Made by a program: the position numbers and the translations under genes. A DNA stretch of 64,000 nucleotides, taken from contig CAZMIZ010000001.1 of NCBI GenBank assembly GCA_964566925.1, positions 135,248 through 199,247 on the forward strand, written 5' to 3'. The DNA comes from an uncultured Gammaproteobacteria bacterium. GTDB taxonomy: Bacteria > Patescibacteriota > Microgenomatia > PFEM01 > DATLAM01. Below the pieces are notes generated by a model. The model did no database searches. It had not been told where the DNA came from and worked only from the letters and a program-made list of their open reading frames with translations. This document shows positions 46,533 to 55,161 of the stretch, one piece after another; position 1 is the first letter of the stretch, and the number at the start of each line of letters is the position of its first letter.

Positions 46533-49500
46533 TTAAAGGATTGGTGAGCCACTACAATCGCCATACGATTTAAAGAGACATTTTTGAGGGCAACCAGGTA
46601 AATAATTACAAGGATCCTCGGGACTGCCAAGAAAACAAGAAATCGTCCCGCAACTACTGACGCCAAAATGGAGATGGGTACCAGTTGAACGGCCTGAATC
46701 ATCCATGATCCCAATTATATCACTCGAAGAAACCTCGTCACCCTCGTTTTTAGGGAAATTGCAGCGGAACTCGTCTTCTAGATGGCCATAAAGGGTATAA
46801 AGATTCTCACGATGCTGGATAATCACGTAACAGCCATAGCCAGAATGGTACCCTTGTTGGGCAATGACCCCTCGAGTAGCCGGGTGGATATCCGTGCAAC
46901 CATCTGGGGGGATGTCAATTCCTTCATGAAATTCACATTCGTGGGGCGGGAGAGGATCAGCCCGCCAGCCGTAATTACTGGAACAATCATGATAACAAGT
47001 GGGCCAGCCAAAGATCCAGGTTTCGCCAGCGGCATTAATACAAACTGGAGGAGAGGAGGAAGAAAGGTTTTTCCCTGATTGGGTTGTACCCATAACAGTT
47101 AAATTATCACAAAGCATCTCTTCCCCTTGGAGATAGTTACTTAGAGGCGGATCTCTGAGGGCCAAATGGATGGTAATGGTTTGACTGCCACCCGGGCTTA
47201 AGGGGCCAAGTTGAGAACACTCTTCTTGGGTCCAGGCGAAGGTATTGGAAACATGAGTACTAGATGGTTGTTGGGTAGGGTCACACGGAGAAAAAGTTGA
47301 GGTGTCTGGGTCGTAGAGCATGATGAGGGAAACGAACCCGGGTTCTTCAAAACGATCAAAGACCTGGATGTTCCCCAGTAAACCGGCTGCTTCATCCTCA
47401 GGATTATAAGAGTAGGTTAAAGTGTAATCAAGGGCGATGATTTCTCCGTTCTGATCAAAGACAGGCGTGACTGTTTTTTCGATCGGTAATTCCGGCGAAA
47501 TAACATGAGATCTAATTGCCTGCTCTACAAAAAAGGCGCTGGTTATGACATAAAGAGTGAATACGGAAAGGAGAGCTAAAAGCCCAATGCCTGCTAGAGT
47601 GAGAATTGAGGCAGAGGTAATTGTCGCGACAATCATAGGAATAGTTTCGTAGAGCCAGTAAGCGACTGCGTCGGGAATAATAAAATTAATGGCGCTAATT
47701 AAACCAGCTTTTAGGGTGGGCCACCACAGAGGTCTGGTGAGGAAGGCGACGTCAATTAAAGTAAATTGGCCTAAATAAAGCGGCCCGGAAAACCAATTCT
47801 GAAGGGCGATTAGGGGTGGCGTGCCAGAGAGAAGATCCATAATTAAAGGGCTGGTTGTGACTATAGGGAAAAGCCAGGGAATAAATCTGCCTAAAAGGGC
47901 AGGGATCCGTCCTAGTTTAGCCAGAAGATTAAGAAATCTAAGAAAGCCTGGGATTTTGCTTAAACCAGTCCTGGCAAAAGGCCACCACCATTCTCGAGTA
48001 GCCCAAGCCCATTGGGCTAGGGCCGGGATGGGAATAGCCCAAAGAGGAATTAAGCCAGCCGTATAGAGAACATAGCCAAGAGCAAGGCCTTTGATGGGGA
48101 AGCGCGCATAAGGATGCTCAGTTAACCAAATAGCTGGTTTACCCACGATGCGCCGAATCCATTTACTGGTAAAATGAGTTGAAGGTTCTCGGAGCCAGGC
48201 AAGCCATCGATCATTTTTGCCAATATCCAGCCAAAATTGATAGAAGTGGCCACTTCCCCCACCAAGAATGATTCCTAGCTGGGGAAACCCAATCATTTCG
48301 CCAACAGCATAACCCAAGACTGTACCAGAAAGAGTATTGAAACTGAAAAAACTCCGAGCGAATTGACCACTAAAGCTAACGGTCATCCGCAGGCCCCTAA
48401 TGGCTGGTGCACCCAAAAATCTTTTTCCAAAAGAGGTTTCGGTTAAGCTTGTCCAAACTTTAGCAAGTTGGCCAAAAGCAAGCCTTTGGGTTAACCGGGC
48501 CACCGTACCCACAGTTAAATCAAGGCCGAGTTTAAGAAGAAGGACTAGGGGACTCCGATCCCAATCTTGTTCCCGCCGCCGGAAAGCCCGACTTAAGCCA
48601 AACCAGAATCTTTTCATAAAAAGACTTTTTGATTTTTGGCTACGGCCGAAGAAATAGTTAGCCCCTCGGCGGAAGGGGGCGGAGCTCGATTGTCCCAACC
48701 AAGCTAAAGGGCTGAAAACTGGTTTCGATTTTCCTGGAGCGTAGAACGCCTCTTTATAGAGGCCCAAACGACCACCAAGACGTCTTTTAACGGCTGTCCA
48801 AAACCGATAGTTAAGTTCAGGAGTGATGTAAATTTTACGAAGAAGCTCACCTTTTTTGAAAGTGTAATCAATGTATTTCAGATGAGCCCATTTTGCTCCT
48901 GGGACTAAAGCTTCCAGTGCTCCTCTAATTGGGTCGATGACGGTCAGGGAGATGGTCCCTCCAATAGGGTTGGTGGCGAAGTATTCGATTTGATTCTTTA
49001 AATAGATTGCTTCTGCGCCAAAGGGGCCCTTTAACGCCTGAATCGTTTGATTAATTGCCCCTTCTTCAGTAGGAATAGCCCAATAAGTAGTTTCCCTTTC
49101 CGGGTGGCCTAAGGGACGGACCTGTATTCGGGGGAGATTATTTTCGTCGACATCAAGAAAAACCTCTTTTGGCAAATTGGGAACCAAAGATTGAAGAAGA
49201 CGACGGTTGATCGGAATGACGGGATTAAGGTAGCGCGAGCCATGACTGAGAAGACTTTTCTTGATCTGGCCGATAAGCTTTGCTCTCTCGTTAGGAGTAA
49301 GGTTAAGAGGTTTAAAAATTTTTTTAACCGCATCTTCAACTCCACTTGCTTCCTCAAAAAGACGAATGGTTAAATCTTCGGCTGTTTTTTGAGCTTCAGT
49401 CTGGGCGGCAGCCATGCTACCTGTTTTTCCTAAAGTTTCGGTGTGCGTTTTATAGAACTGATCATTAACTCTTTGAGCATAATTTCTCCCTAATTTGATG

Positions 49501-50216
49501 GCCAGACGGCGGTGTCTTTCTGGGTAAAAAAGAAGGTCGGGAGTTGCCTCAAGCGCCCAATAAGCCTGGGTTGAATATTTTGTGGCCAGCTCATTAAAAT
49601 GAAGCAAGGGTCCAAGTTCCTCTTGGAGGGCAATTTTTTTAGCTTGTGATAATCCCTTCCAGGCTGATAGCCGGGGCTGGCCAGCCTCATCTAGAAGGTT
49701 TTCTTTTCTAAGGAGATGATAGACACGTTCTTGAATAAGTTCATTTTCTGGGATTTCTGGCTCAACCGGATCAGTAAAATCGGACAGGGCGGCTGATCTA
49801 GTTTTTTCTCTTTGGAAAAAATCTGTTTCGCCAGTTTTTTCCACCCCTTCCCAGCGGTGTTGGTGAGCTTTCTCAACCTGCTCCTCAACGGTCGATTCGC
49901 CAGCCTTTTTTAATTCCCCCTCAATTTTTTTAGCTAGGTGTTTCTGGTGGGCTTCAATCAGATTGCTCAGCTCAGGAGGAAGAGGGGGAAGACTGGGCAA
50001 GAACCCCTTTTTAAAAGAGGCGTCAAGGGCTTTTTCTAATTCTGGAAGAAACTCTGGTTTAATGACCGTAATCGGAGCTTTAATCCCCAATTCACGGGCC
50101 CAGAGGGCGAGATTGGCTTTTGCCTTATTTTCAATTTCTTTAGGAACATCTTTTAGCTGAAGACCTCTGATTAATCGCCAAAGGCGATAGTATTTTCCTA
50201 AGATTGCTTCATCCAT
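46533..50216 (-). CDS. very large membrane protein with C-terminal M23 peptidase
   Basis: Charged helical N-terminus, long amphipathic/TM region, beta domain, then FHEGID, LYGHL and STGTHLHF. Confidence 0.8.
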   Translation of the reverse strand: MDEAILGKYYRLWRLIRGLQLKDVPKEIENKAKANLALWARELGIKAPITVIKPEFLPELEKALDASFKKGFLPSLPPLPPELSNLIEAHQKHLAKKIEGELKKAGESTVEEQVEKAHQHRWEGVEKTGETDFFQREKTRSAALSDFTDPVEPEIPENELIQERVYHLLRKENLLDEAGQPRLSAWKGLSQAKKIALQEELGPLLHFNELATKYSTQAYWALEATPDLLFYPERHRRLAIKLGRNYAQRVNDQFYKTHTETLGKTGSMAAAQTEAQKTAEDLTIRLFEEASGVEDAVKKIFKPLNLTPNERAKLIGQIKKSLLSHGSRYLNPVIPINRRLLQSLVPNLPKEVFLDVDENNLPRIQVRPLGHPERETTYWAIPTEEGAINQTIQALKGPFGAEAIYLKNQIEYFATNPIGGTISLTVIDPIRGALEALVPGAKWAHLKYIDYTFKKGELLRKIYITPELNYRFWTAVKRRLGGRLGLYKEAFYAPGKSKPVFSPLAWLGQSSSAPFRRGANYFFGRSQKSKSLFMKRFWFGLSRAFRRREQDWDRSPLVLLLKLGLDLTVGTVARLTQRLAFGQLAKVWTSLTETSFGKRFLGAPAIRGLRMTVSFSGQFARSFFSFNTLSGTVLGYAVGEMIGFPQLGIILGGGSGHFYQFWLDIGKNDRWLAWLREPSTHFTSKWIRRIVGKPAIWLTEHPYARFPIKGLALGYVLYTAGLIPLWAIPIPALAQWAWATREWWWPFARTGLSKIPGFLRFLNLLAKLGRIPALLGRFIPWLFPIVTTSPLIMDLLSGTPPLIALQNWFSGPLYLGQFTLIDVAFLTRPLWWPTLKAGLISAINFIIPDAVAYWLYETIPMIVATITSASILTLAGIGLLALLSVFTLYVITSAFFVEQAIRSHVISPELPIEKTVTPVFDQNGEIIALDYTLTYSYNPEDEAAGLLGNIQVFDRFEEPGFVSLIMLYDPDTSTFSPCDPTQQPSSTHVSNTFAWTQEECSQLGPLSPGGSQTITIHLALRDPPLSNYLQGEEMLCDNLTVMGTTQSGKNLSSSSPPVCINAAGETWIFGWPTCYHDCSSNYGWRADPLPPHECEFHEGIDIPPDGCTDIHPATRGVIAQQGYHSGYGCYVIIQHRENLYTLYGHLEDEFRCNFPKNEGDEVSSSDIIGIMDDSGRSTGTHLHFGVSSCGTISCFLGSPEDPCNYLPGCPQKCLFKSYGDCSGSPIL

Positions 50217-50251
50217 CGTTATGAATAACTATAGCAGAAATTAATAGAGGC

Positions 50252-52177
50252 TTAAACTCCCCTAGCTTCGGCTGTTTCTGGGAATTTTTCTGGCTCAGAA
50301 GGAGTTTTCGCTTCTGAAGTCTGGACTGCTCCTGGCGCTTCTTTTGCGGCCTCAATTGCTTTTCTTTTGATTTCTCTCATCGCCAACAGCTCTTCTGGCT
50401 TAGAAGTAATCAATTGGTGTTCGTTGGGGGAGGCCACGACTCGGATCGCCACGTGGTTGGGTCCAGCAAAAAAGAGACCTTCGCCGATGTCCGCTGCTAA
50501 CAGAAGGTGTTTTTCTCCTTCAGAGAGATAGAAAACCTCGGCTACTTGGTCAATGGCGGCGGCCGACATTTTCATCAAGGTTTGGATTGAGGAGTTTTGG
50601 ACAATCGCCTTGCCGTACTCAGAAGCAAGAAAATCCTCAGCGTCCTGAGTGATGGTAGTTAAACCAAGATAATATTTCCTTGCCCTTTTAGCAATTGAAT
50701 AAAGGAAGTTAGCCGAATCCGGATACTTCATTAGATACCAAGCCTCGTCAACCACCAAAATCCGTTTCTTCATTTCTTTTTTGATTTTCGTCCAGATATA
50801 GTCGAGGATAATAAACATGGCAATTGGCCGTAAAGTATCTTCCAAGTCTTTAAGAGAAAAGACAGTAAAGGGGCTTTTAATATCTAGATTGGAGTGTTGA
50901 TCAAAAATGCCGGCGAAACTGCCTTTAACGAACTTTTCAATCCGATCAGCCAGGGAGATCGCTTCTGGTTCTTCCATCCCGCGCAGAGCCTTGTAGAGAT
51001 CCTCCATTAATGGCGGCTCATTTTTCTGGGTAGCTGGGTCCGGGGTGATCCCTTTCATTTTGTAAGTTAAAACTAGAGCTCGATCTAGAGTAGCCTCTTC
51101 GCTAGGCGAAAGCTGCCCCATAATTACTTTAAAAAGTGAATGAAGAGAAAGAATTTTCAGACCGAGTTCGTTTTCGCCTTCTTCATAAACAGCGGAAAGA
51201 TCAAAAGGGTTGATTTTGGCTTGGCTGCCAAAACCAAAACTAATAAATTCCCCACCCACCGCTTCAGCTAAGGGCTGATATTCGGCTTCAGGATCAATAA
51301 TGAGAATTTCACTATCAAACATCAGGGAGCGGAGGGCTTCTAGTTTAACCAGGTAAGATTTACCGGAGCCAGATTTGCCAAAAACAACCGCGTTGGCGTT
51401 TTCCATGGTGAAGCGATCAAAGATAATCAGCGAATCATTGTGCTCGTTAATGCCGTACATGATTCCCTCATTGGCGGTAAGCTCGCTTGAGGTAAAAGGA
51501 AAAGTGGTGGCCAAAGAGGTTGTGTCCATGTTCCGGGTGATCATCAGCCGATCATAACAAGTAGGCAGGGTAGCTTTGAAGCCCTCTTCCATCTGAAGAG
51601 TGGCTTTTTTAGAAATAATTAAGAGCGAACCTAAGGTTGATTCGACTTGTTTAGAAACCTGGTCGAGTTCTTCTAAGGTTCCAGCCGGGATGGTGATGTA
51701 AAGGCCGAATTGGAAAAAACGCTCCGCCCCTTTAACTAGCTGTTCTTGCAGTTTCCGGGCGTCTTCTAGTTTTGCTTTAGTGGCAGGATCAACAATTCTT
51801 CCTCTTTGGGTATCTGATTGGATTTCGGCTTCCATTTCACCAATTTTACGCCGCAGCTCATCTAAAATTGATCTCCCTTCAACCGGATAGACATACATCG
51901 AAATATCCAATGAGTGATCAAAATTGATTAAAGGGGCGAGCCAATTGGCGGAAACAAAGCGGGGATAGCCAGCCACGAAAAGGGTCCGGAAAAAAGTATT
52001 GCCGATTTTAACGTGATTAAAGTCCACCTCTAAAGCTGGCGGAGCAATCAAGTCCTGAATTTGGACCATTCCTTTGCCCAGGCTTTCCGTGGGAGGCAGC
52101 TTTCTCTCTCCATTAGGAGGGGTTCCGGCTGACTGGCCTTTTGGAGCGGTTTTGGTTTTTAGGAAAGGTAAGCGCAT
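50252..52177 (-). CDS. VirB4/TraE-like secretion ATPase
   Basis: GKSGSGKS, IIDPEAEY, INPFD, LVVDEAW and RARKY..ITQ motifs. Confidence 0.9.
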   Translation of the reverse strand: MRLPFLKTKTAPKGQSAGTPPNGERKLPPTESLGKGMVQIQDLIAPPALEVDFNHVKIGNTFFRTLFVAGYPRFVSANWLAPLINFDHSLDISMYVYPVEGRSILDELRRKIGEMEAEIQSDTQRGRIVDPATKAKLEDARKLQEQLVKGAERFFQFGLYITIPAGTLEELDQVSKQVESTLGSLLIISKKATLQMEEGFKATLPTCYDRLMITRNMDTTSLATTFPFTSSELTANEGIMYGINEHNDSLIIFDRFTMENANAVVFGKSGSGKSYLVKLEALRSLMFDSEILIIDPEAEYQPLAEAVGGEFISFGFGSQAKINPFDLSAVYEEGENELGLKILSLHSLFKVIMGQLSPSEEATLDRALVLTYKMKGITPDPATQKNEPPLMEDLYKALRGMEEPEAISLADRIEKFVKGSFAGIFDQHSNLDIKSPFTVFSLKDLEDTLRPIAMFIILDYIWTKIKKEMKKRILVVDEAWYLMKYPDSANFLYSIAKRARKYYLGLTTITQDAEDFLASEYGKAIVQNSSIQTLMKMSAAAIDQVAEVFYLSEGEKHLLLAADIGEGLFFAGPNHVAIRVVASPNEHQLITSKPEELLAMREIKRKAIEAAKEAPGAVQTSEAKTPSEPEKFPETAEARGV

Positions 52178-52180
52178 TGT

Positions 52181-53062
52181 TTATCTTTTTTTAACTGTTT
52201 TAATTAAATTGTCAATCTGCCGCTGAAGGGCCTCGCCTTCCAGAGGGGGTTGACCACTGGCCGGCGGCTCCCTTTTTTCTGGTTCAGAAGAAGGGTTGGG
52301 TGAAGATGGGGTTGGTTGAGGCGAAGGAGCTGGGGGTGTTGGGCTTAATGGTTGAGGCGGAGGTGATGATTCAGGCGAGGGAGCTTCTAAAGCTGGCTCC
52401 ACTAAAGGGGTTTTGTATTCAGAGGCAGCGGTAATTTTTTGTCCTTGAGTTTCCGGGTTATAAATAGAGAAGAAGAGCTCAATTAATTCCTGGCTGCTTA
52501 GCTGATGAGTTCTTAGACCTAATCGGCTGAGGAGGCGGATCAGGTGATCTCTTTTGGGGTAAAGATTGGTTTTGGCTCGCTCAAGGATATAGTCTTTAGG
52601 AAAAGGAAGGCCCTTTTTCTTTTTAAAAATGGAAGTGGCTGCTTTAGTGGCGCCTAGCTCCAGAGCAGTCATCGGAATGACAATATAGAACTTTTTATCC
52701 AAAACTTCATTTTGCTTCACGGTTTCTGCAACGAAGGCTCGATATTTTTGGATCTGTTCAGCCAGGAGGGGTTCCTTTTTTTTCTTTTCTTGTTCCTCCA
52801 AGAGCTTCAGATAGTTGGAAATATCTTTTTTAATGGAACGAATCACAATTTGGATCGGAAAGGTAAGTGAATTAAGAAGGCCAGCGTAAGCATAGATGGT
52901 GGCGTCTTGCTCTTTTTCCGAAAGCAAACCAAAATTGATGGCAGTCGTCGCCAAGACCAGACAGACACCACCGTCTTTAAGGACCACCAGGTCATCTTGA
53001 ATATCCTCAATATCCAAATGCTCTTGACTAGTCGCTCGAATAGGAATTTTGGTAGGATCCAT
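52181..53062 (-). CDS. VirB4-associated conserved protein (resembles a VirB4/TraC N-terminal region)
   Basis: INFGLLSEKEQDA..Y..LLNSLTFPIQI; directly upstream of VirB4; Pro-rich tail. Confidence 0.6.
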   Translation of the reverse strand: MDPTKIPIRATSQEHLDIEDIQDDLVVLKDGGVCLVLATTAINFGLLSEKEQDATIYAYAGLLNSLTFPIQIVIRSIKKDISNYLKLLEEQEKKKKEPLLAEQIQKYRAFVAETVKQNEVLDKKFYIVIPMTALELGATKAATSIFKKKKGLPFPKDYILERAKTNLYPKRDHLIRLLSRLGLRTHQLSSQELIELFFSIYNPETQGQKITAASEYKTPLVEPALEAPSPESSPPPQPLSPTPPAPSPQPTPSSPNPSSEPEKREPPASGQPPLEGEALQRQIDNLIKTVKKR

Positions 53063-53130
53063 AATTCTAGAATTTCTAATATCTAATTTCTAATCAATTT
53101 CTAATGATCAATTCCTAAATTAAGCTAATT
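53063..53130. repeat. AT-rich about 7-bp-period array flanking four-helix gene 1
   Basis: AATTTCT AATATCT AATTTCT AATCAATTTCT AATGATCAATTCCT. Confidence 0.75.
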
Positions 53131-53144
53131 AATGTAATGTTTTA

Positions 53145-53519
53145 TTACTTTTTCTTTAGTTTATTTATTATCGAATTAAAAATTAAGTTTAGCTCTTTAG
53201 CTTCTTGCCATAATGTTTTTGCCTCTTCCTTTAGTTCTGGGACAGCAATAGGAATCATTCTTAACCAATGTTTTGACTCTCTTGATTCCTTTTTACATAT
53301 ACCGATTTTATGGCCAAAGTCTCGTTTAGACTCAGCGTCGTCGGCCTCACAGTAGTTAGCTCCAACACTGGTTCCTGCTTTAACAAGTTGAGTTATTAAC
53401 GGGGTCGTTATCGGCATCTTGGGTATTCTATTGGCAAACTTAATAATATTTTCGCCAAACCTGGCGGTTCTCTCTTCTAAATCGAATTTTTTACTTTTAG
53501 TTATTTTGTTATTAGTCAT
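53145..53519 (-). CDS. four helix bundle protein (23S rRNA IVP / Avd-like family)
   Basis: DLEERT, QLVKAGTSVGANYCEA and KESRESKHWL motifs. Confidence 0.9.
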   Translation of the reverse strand: MTNNKITKSKKFDLEERTARFGENIIKFANRIPKMPITTPLITQLVKAGTSVGANYCEADDAESKRDFGHKIGICKKESRESKHWLRMIPIAVPELKEEAKTLWQEAKELNLIFNSIINKLKKK

Positions 53520-53552
53520 TTTTTAGAGCAATTAGGTTAATTAGAGATTAGG

Positions 53553-54554
53553 TCAATTCTGCTTGGCTTGAATTTCTATTGGCTGAGTAATTTCCCCTTT
53601 AAGAATAATTTGGATTAGGTCAAAGTGGAGGCCTTCCTTTTCCACCTCGATTTCGTAAGTCCCGTTTTTTAAAGGACTGGCGATTCTGAATTGGCCGAGC
53701 TTGTTGGTTTTTAAGGCTCGGACAGGCGAACCTTTCTCGTCTCTGATTTCAATGATGGCATTTTCAACCAGCTTGCCCTCTTGATCAATGACCATGCCCA
53801 CTAAAATATTGGGACGGTCTGGTGGAGCGGGAATGGGGAGATCAGGGGAAAGTCTGGGTTTAACCGTAGGCGATTTTACCCGGGCTGGTTTTTTGATTGG
53901 GGCAGCTTTTTTAACTACTTTCGGCTCTGGGGCCGGTTGGGGCATGGTTTTTTCGGCTGCCTTGGTGGGCGCTTTTTGGGGTTCAGCTAAGGGAAGGTGA
54001 AGTTTCCGGATTTTAATTCCCGGTTTTACCTCTTCAGCCAGGGCTGGCTTGACATTCGGGGTTAAGGTGGATGGGAGAGAAACCAGCTGGAAGAGATTGC
54101 CGATTTGGTTAAGGGCGCCCTCTTCCTGTTGATCTAGCGGACTGGATGGGGTAGTGGTGGGCAGTGTTTTGAGGTATTCCTCGAGCCGGGCTTGATCAAC
54201 CGGTGTGGCGGGGGCTTGTTTCTTTACTTTCGGCCGAGGGACAACCTTAAAGAATTCCGGCTTGACCGGTGTTTTCTTCCAAATAAACTGGGTGGGTGAA
54301 TAGATGGCTTTTGAAAAGGCGATAAACCAGCGGTCAAGTGGCCGTTCCTCAATCGGCATAAAAGCAAAAGCAACTCCGCTGAGACCAGAAAAGATGACTA
54401 GCGGCCATTTAAAATAAGAAGCCAAGGGGGCAGCGTAAAAAAGAAGAGCGACGAGACAGCCACCTGCCAGAAACCCAAACTGTTTAAGGGTCATGTCGCC
54501 GACCAGCCGAAACTGGTAGGCGGTGATATGTTGCGGGACAGGATGTTGTTCCAT
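53553..54554 (-). CDS. PrgI family protein with C-terminal carboxypeptidase-regulatory-like beta domain
   Basis: QHPVPQHI..YQFRLVGDMTLKQF, 2 TM, RPLDRW; C-terminal GMVIDQEG..KTNKLGQF. Confidence 0.8.
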   Translation of the reverse strand: MEQHPVPQHITAYQFRLVGDMTLKQFGFLAGGCLVALLFYAAPLASYFKWPLVIFSGLSGVAFAFMPIEERPLDRWFIAFSKAIYSPTQFIWKKTPVKPEFFKVVPRPKVKKQAPATPVDQARLEEYLKTLPTTTPSSPLDQQEEGALNQIGNLFQLVSLPSTLTPNVKPALAEEVKPGIKIRKLHLPLAEPQKAPTKAAEKTMPQPAPEPKVVKKAAPIKKPARVKSPTVKPRLSPDLPIPAPPDRPNILVGMVIDQEGKLVENAIIEIRDEKGSPVRALKTNKLGQFRIASPLKNGTYEIEVEKEGLHFDLIQIILKGEITQPIEIQAKQN

Positions 54555-54626
54555 AAGCGCTTCGCGCAGGACAGAGCGCACAGAACATAGAAATAGGCTT
54601 TATATGCTATGCGCTTATGCCTTAGA

Positions 54627-54998
54627 CTAAGATTTTTCTAAGTTCTTCATTAATGTTGTTAAAATTTTCATTAATTCGGTATTCCTGGTAAGAAAACCCT
54701 TAATCATTTGATTATCAAACTTTTTCGTTTCAAACATAACATCCAGCCAATAATCTGCCTCAAAGCTGGATCCTCGGGAAATTCCAAGAAACTGACGATA
54801 GCTTTTAGAATAGTAGCGACCATAACCTTCGGCAATATTCGCACCAATAGAAGACAGCGCCCTTATGAGTTGACCAGTAAGAATTTCAGCAACTCTATCT
54901 TTTCGTTGGATAGAGAAATATTTAATGGCATCAACTGTTAACAGTTTTGCCTTTTGGTAAGCAATTAAGTTTTTATAGGAAGCGGGCAGTTTTCGCAT
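54627..54998 (-). CDS. four helix bundle protein (23S rRNA IVP / Avd-like family)
   Basis: YKNLIAYQKA, QLIRALSSIGANIAEGYGR and ISRGSSFE motifs. Confidence 0.92.
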   Translation of the reverse strand: MRKLPASYKNLIAYQKAKLLTVDAIKYFSIQRKDRVAEILTGQLIRALSSIGANIAEGYGRYYSKSYRQFLGISRGSSFEADYWLDVMFETKKFDNQMIKGFLTRNTELMKILTTLMKNLEKS

Positions 54999-55002
54999 TT
55001 TT

Positions 55003-55058
55003 CTATCTACTTTGCGCTATAAACTAAGTTTTATGGACTATGCGCTATGGACTATGAT
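55003..55058. repeat. 7-bp-period array flanking four-helix gene 2
   Basis: CTATCTA CTTTGCG CTATAAA CTAAGTT TTATGGA CTATGCG CTATGGA CTATGAT. Confidence 0.8.
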
Positions 55059-55161
55059 ACTATCTCCTTAGGATTGAATTCAACCGTCTCAAAAGCGATC
55101 ATTTTACAGCCAAACTAGAACAGATTTTAAGATTGTGTTATGATAATTGTTAGGAGAAGAA

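Noticed and set aside
53145-54998. Diversity-generating retroelement, suggested by the Avd-like four-helix proteins
   Set aside because: No reverse transcriptase and no TR/VR repeat pair with adenine-specific mismatches noticed in the window.
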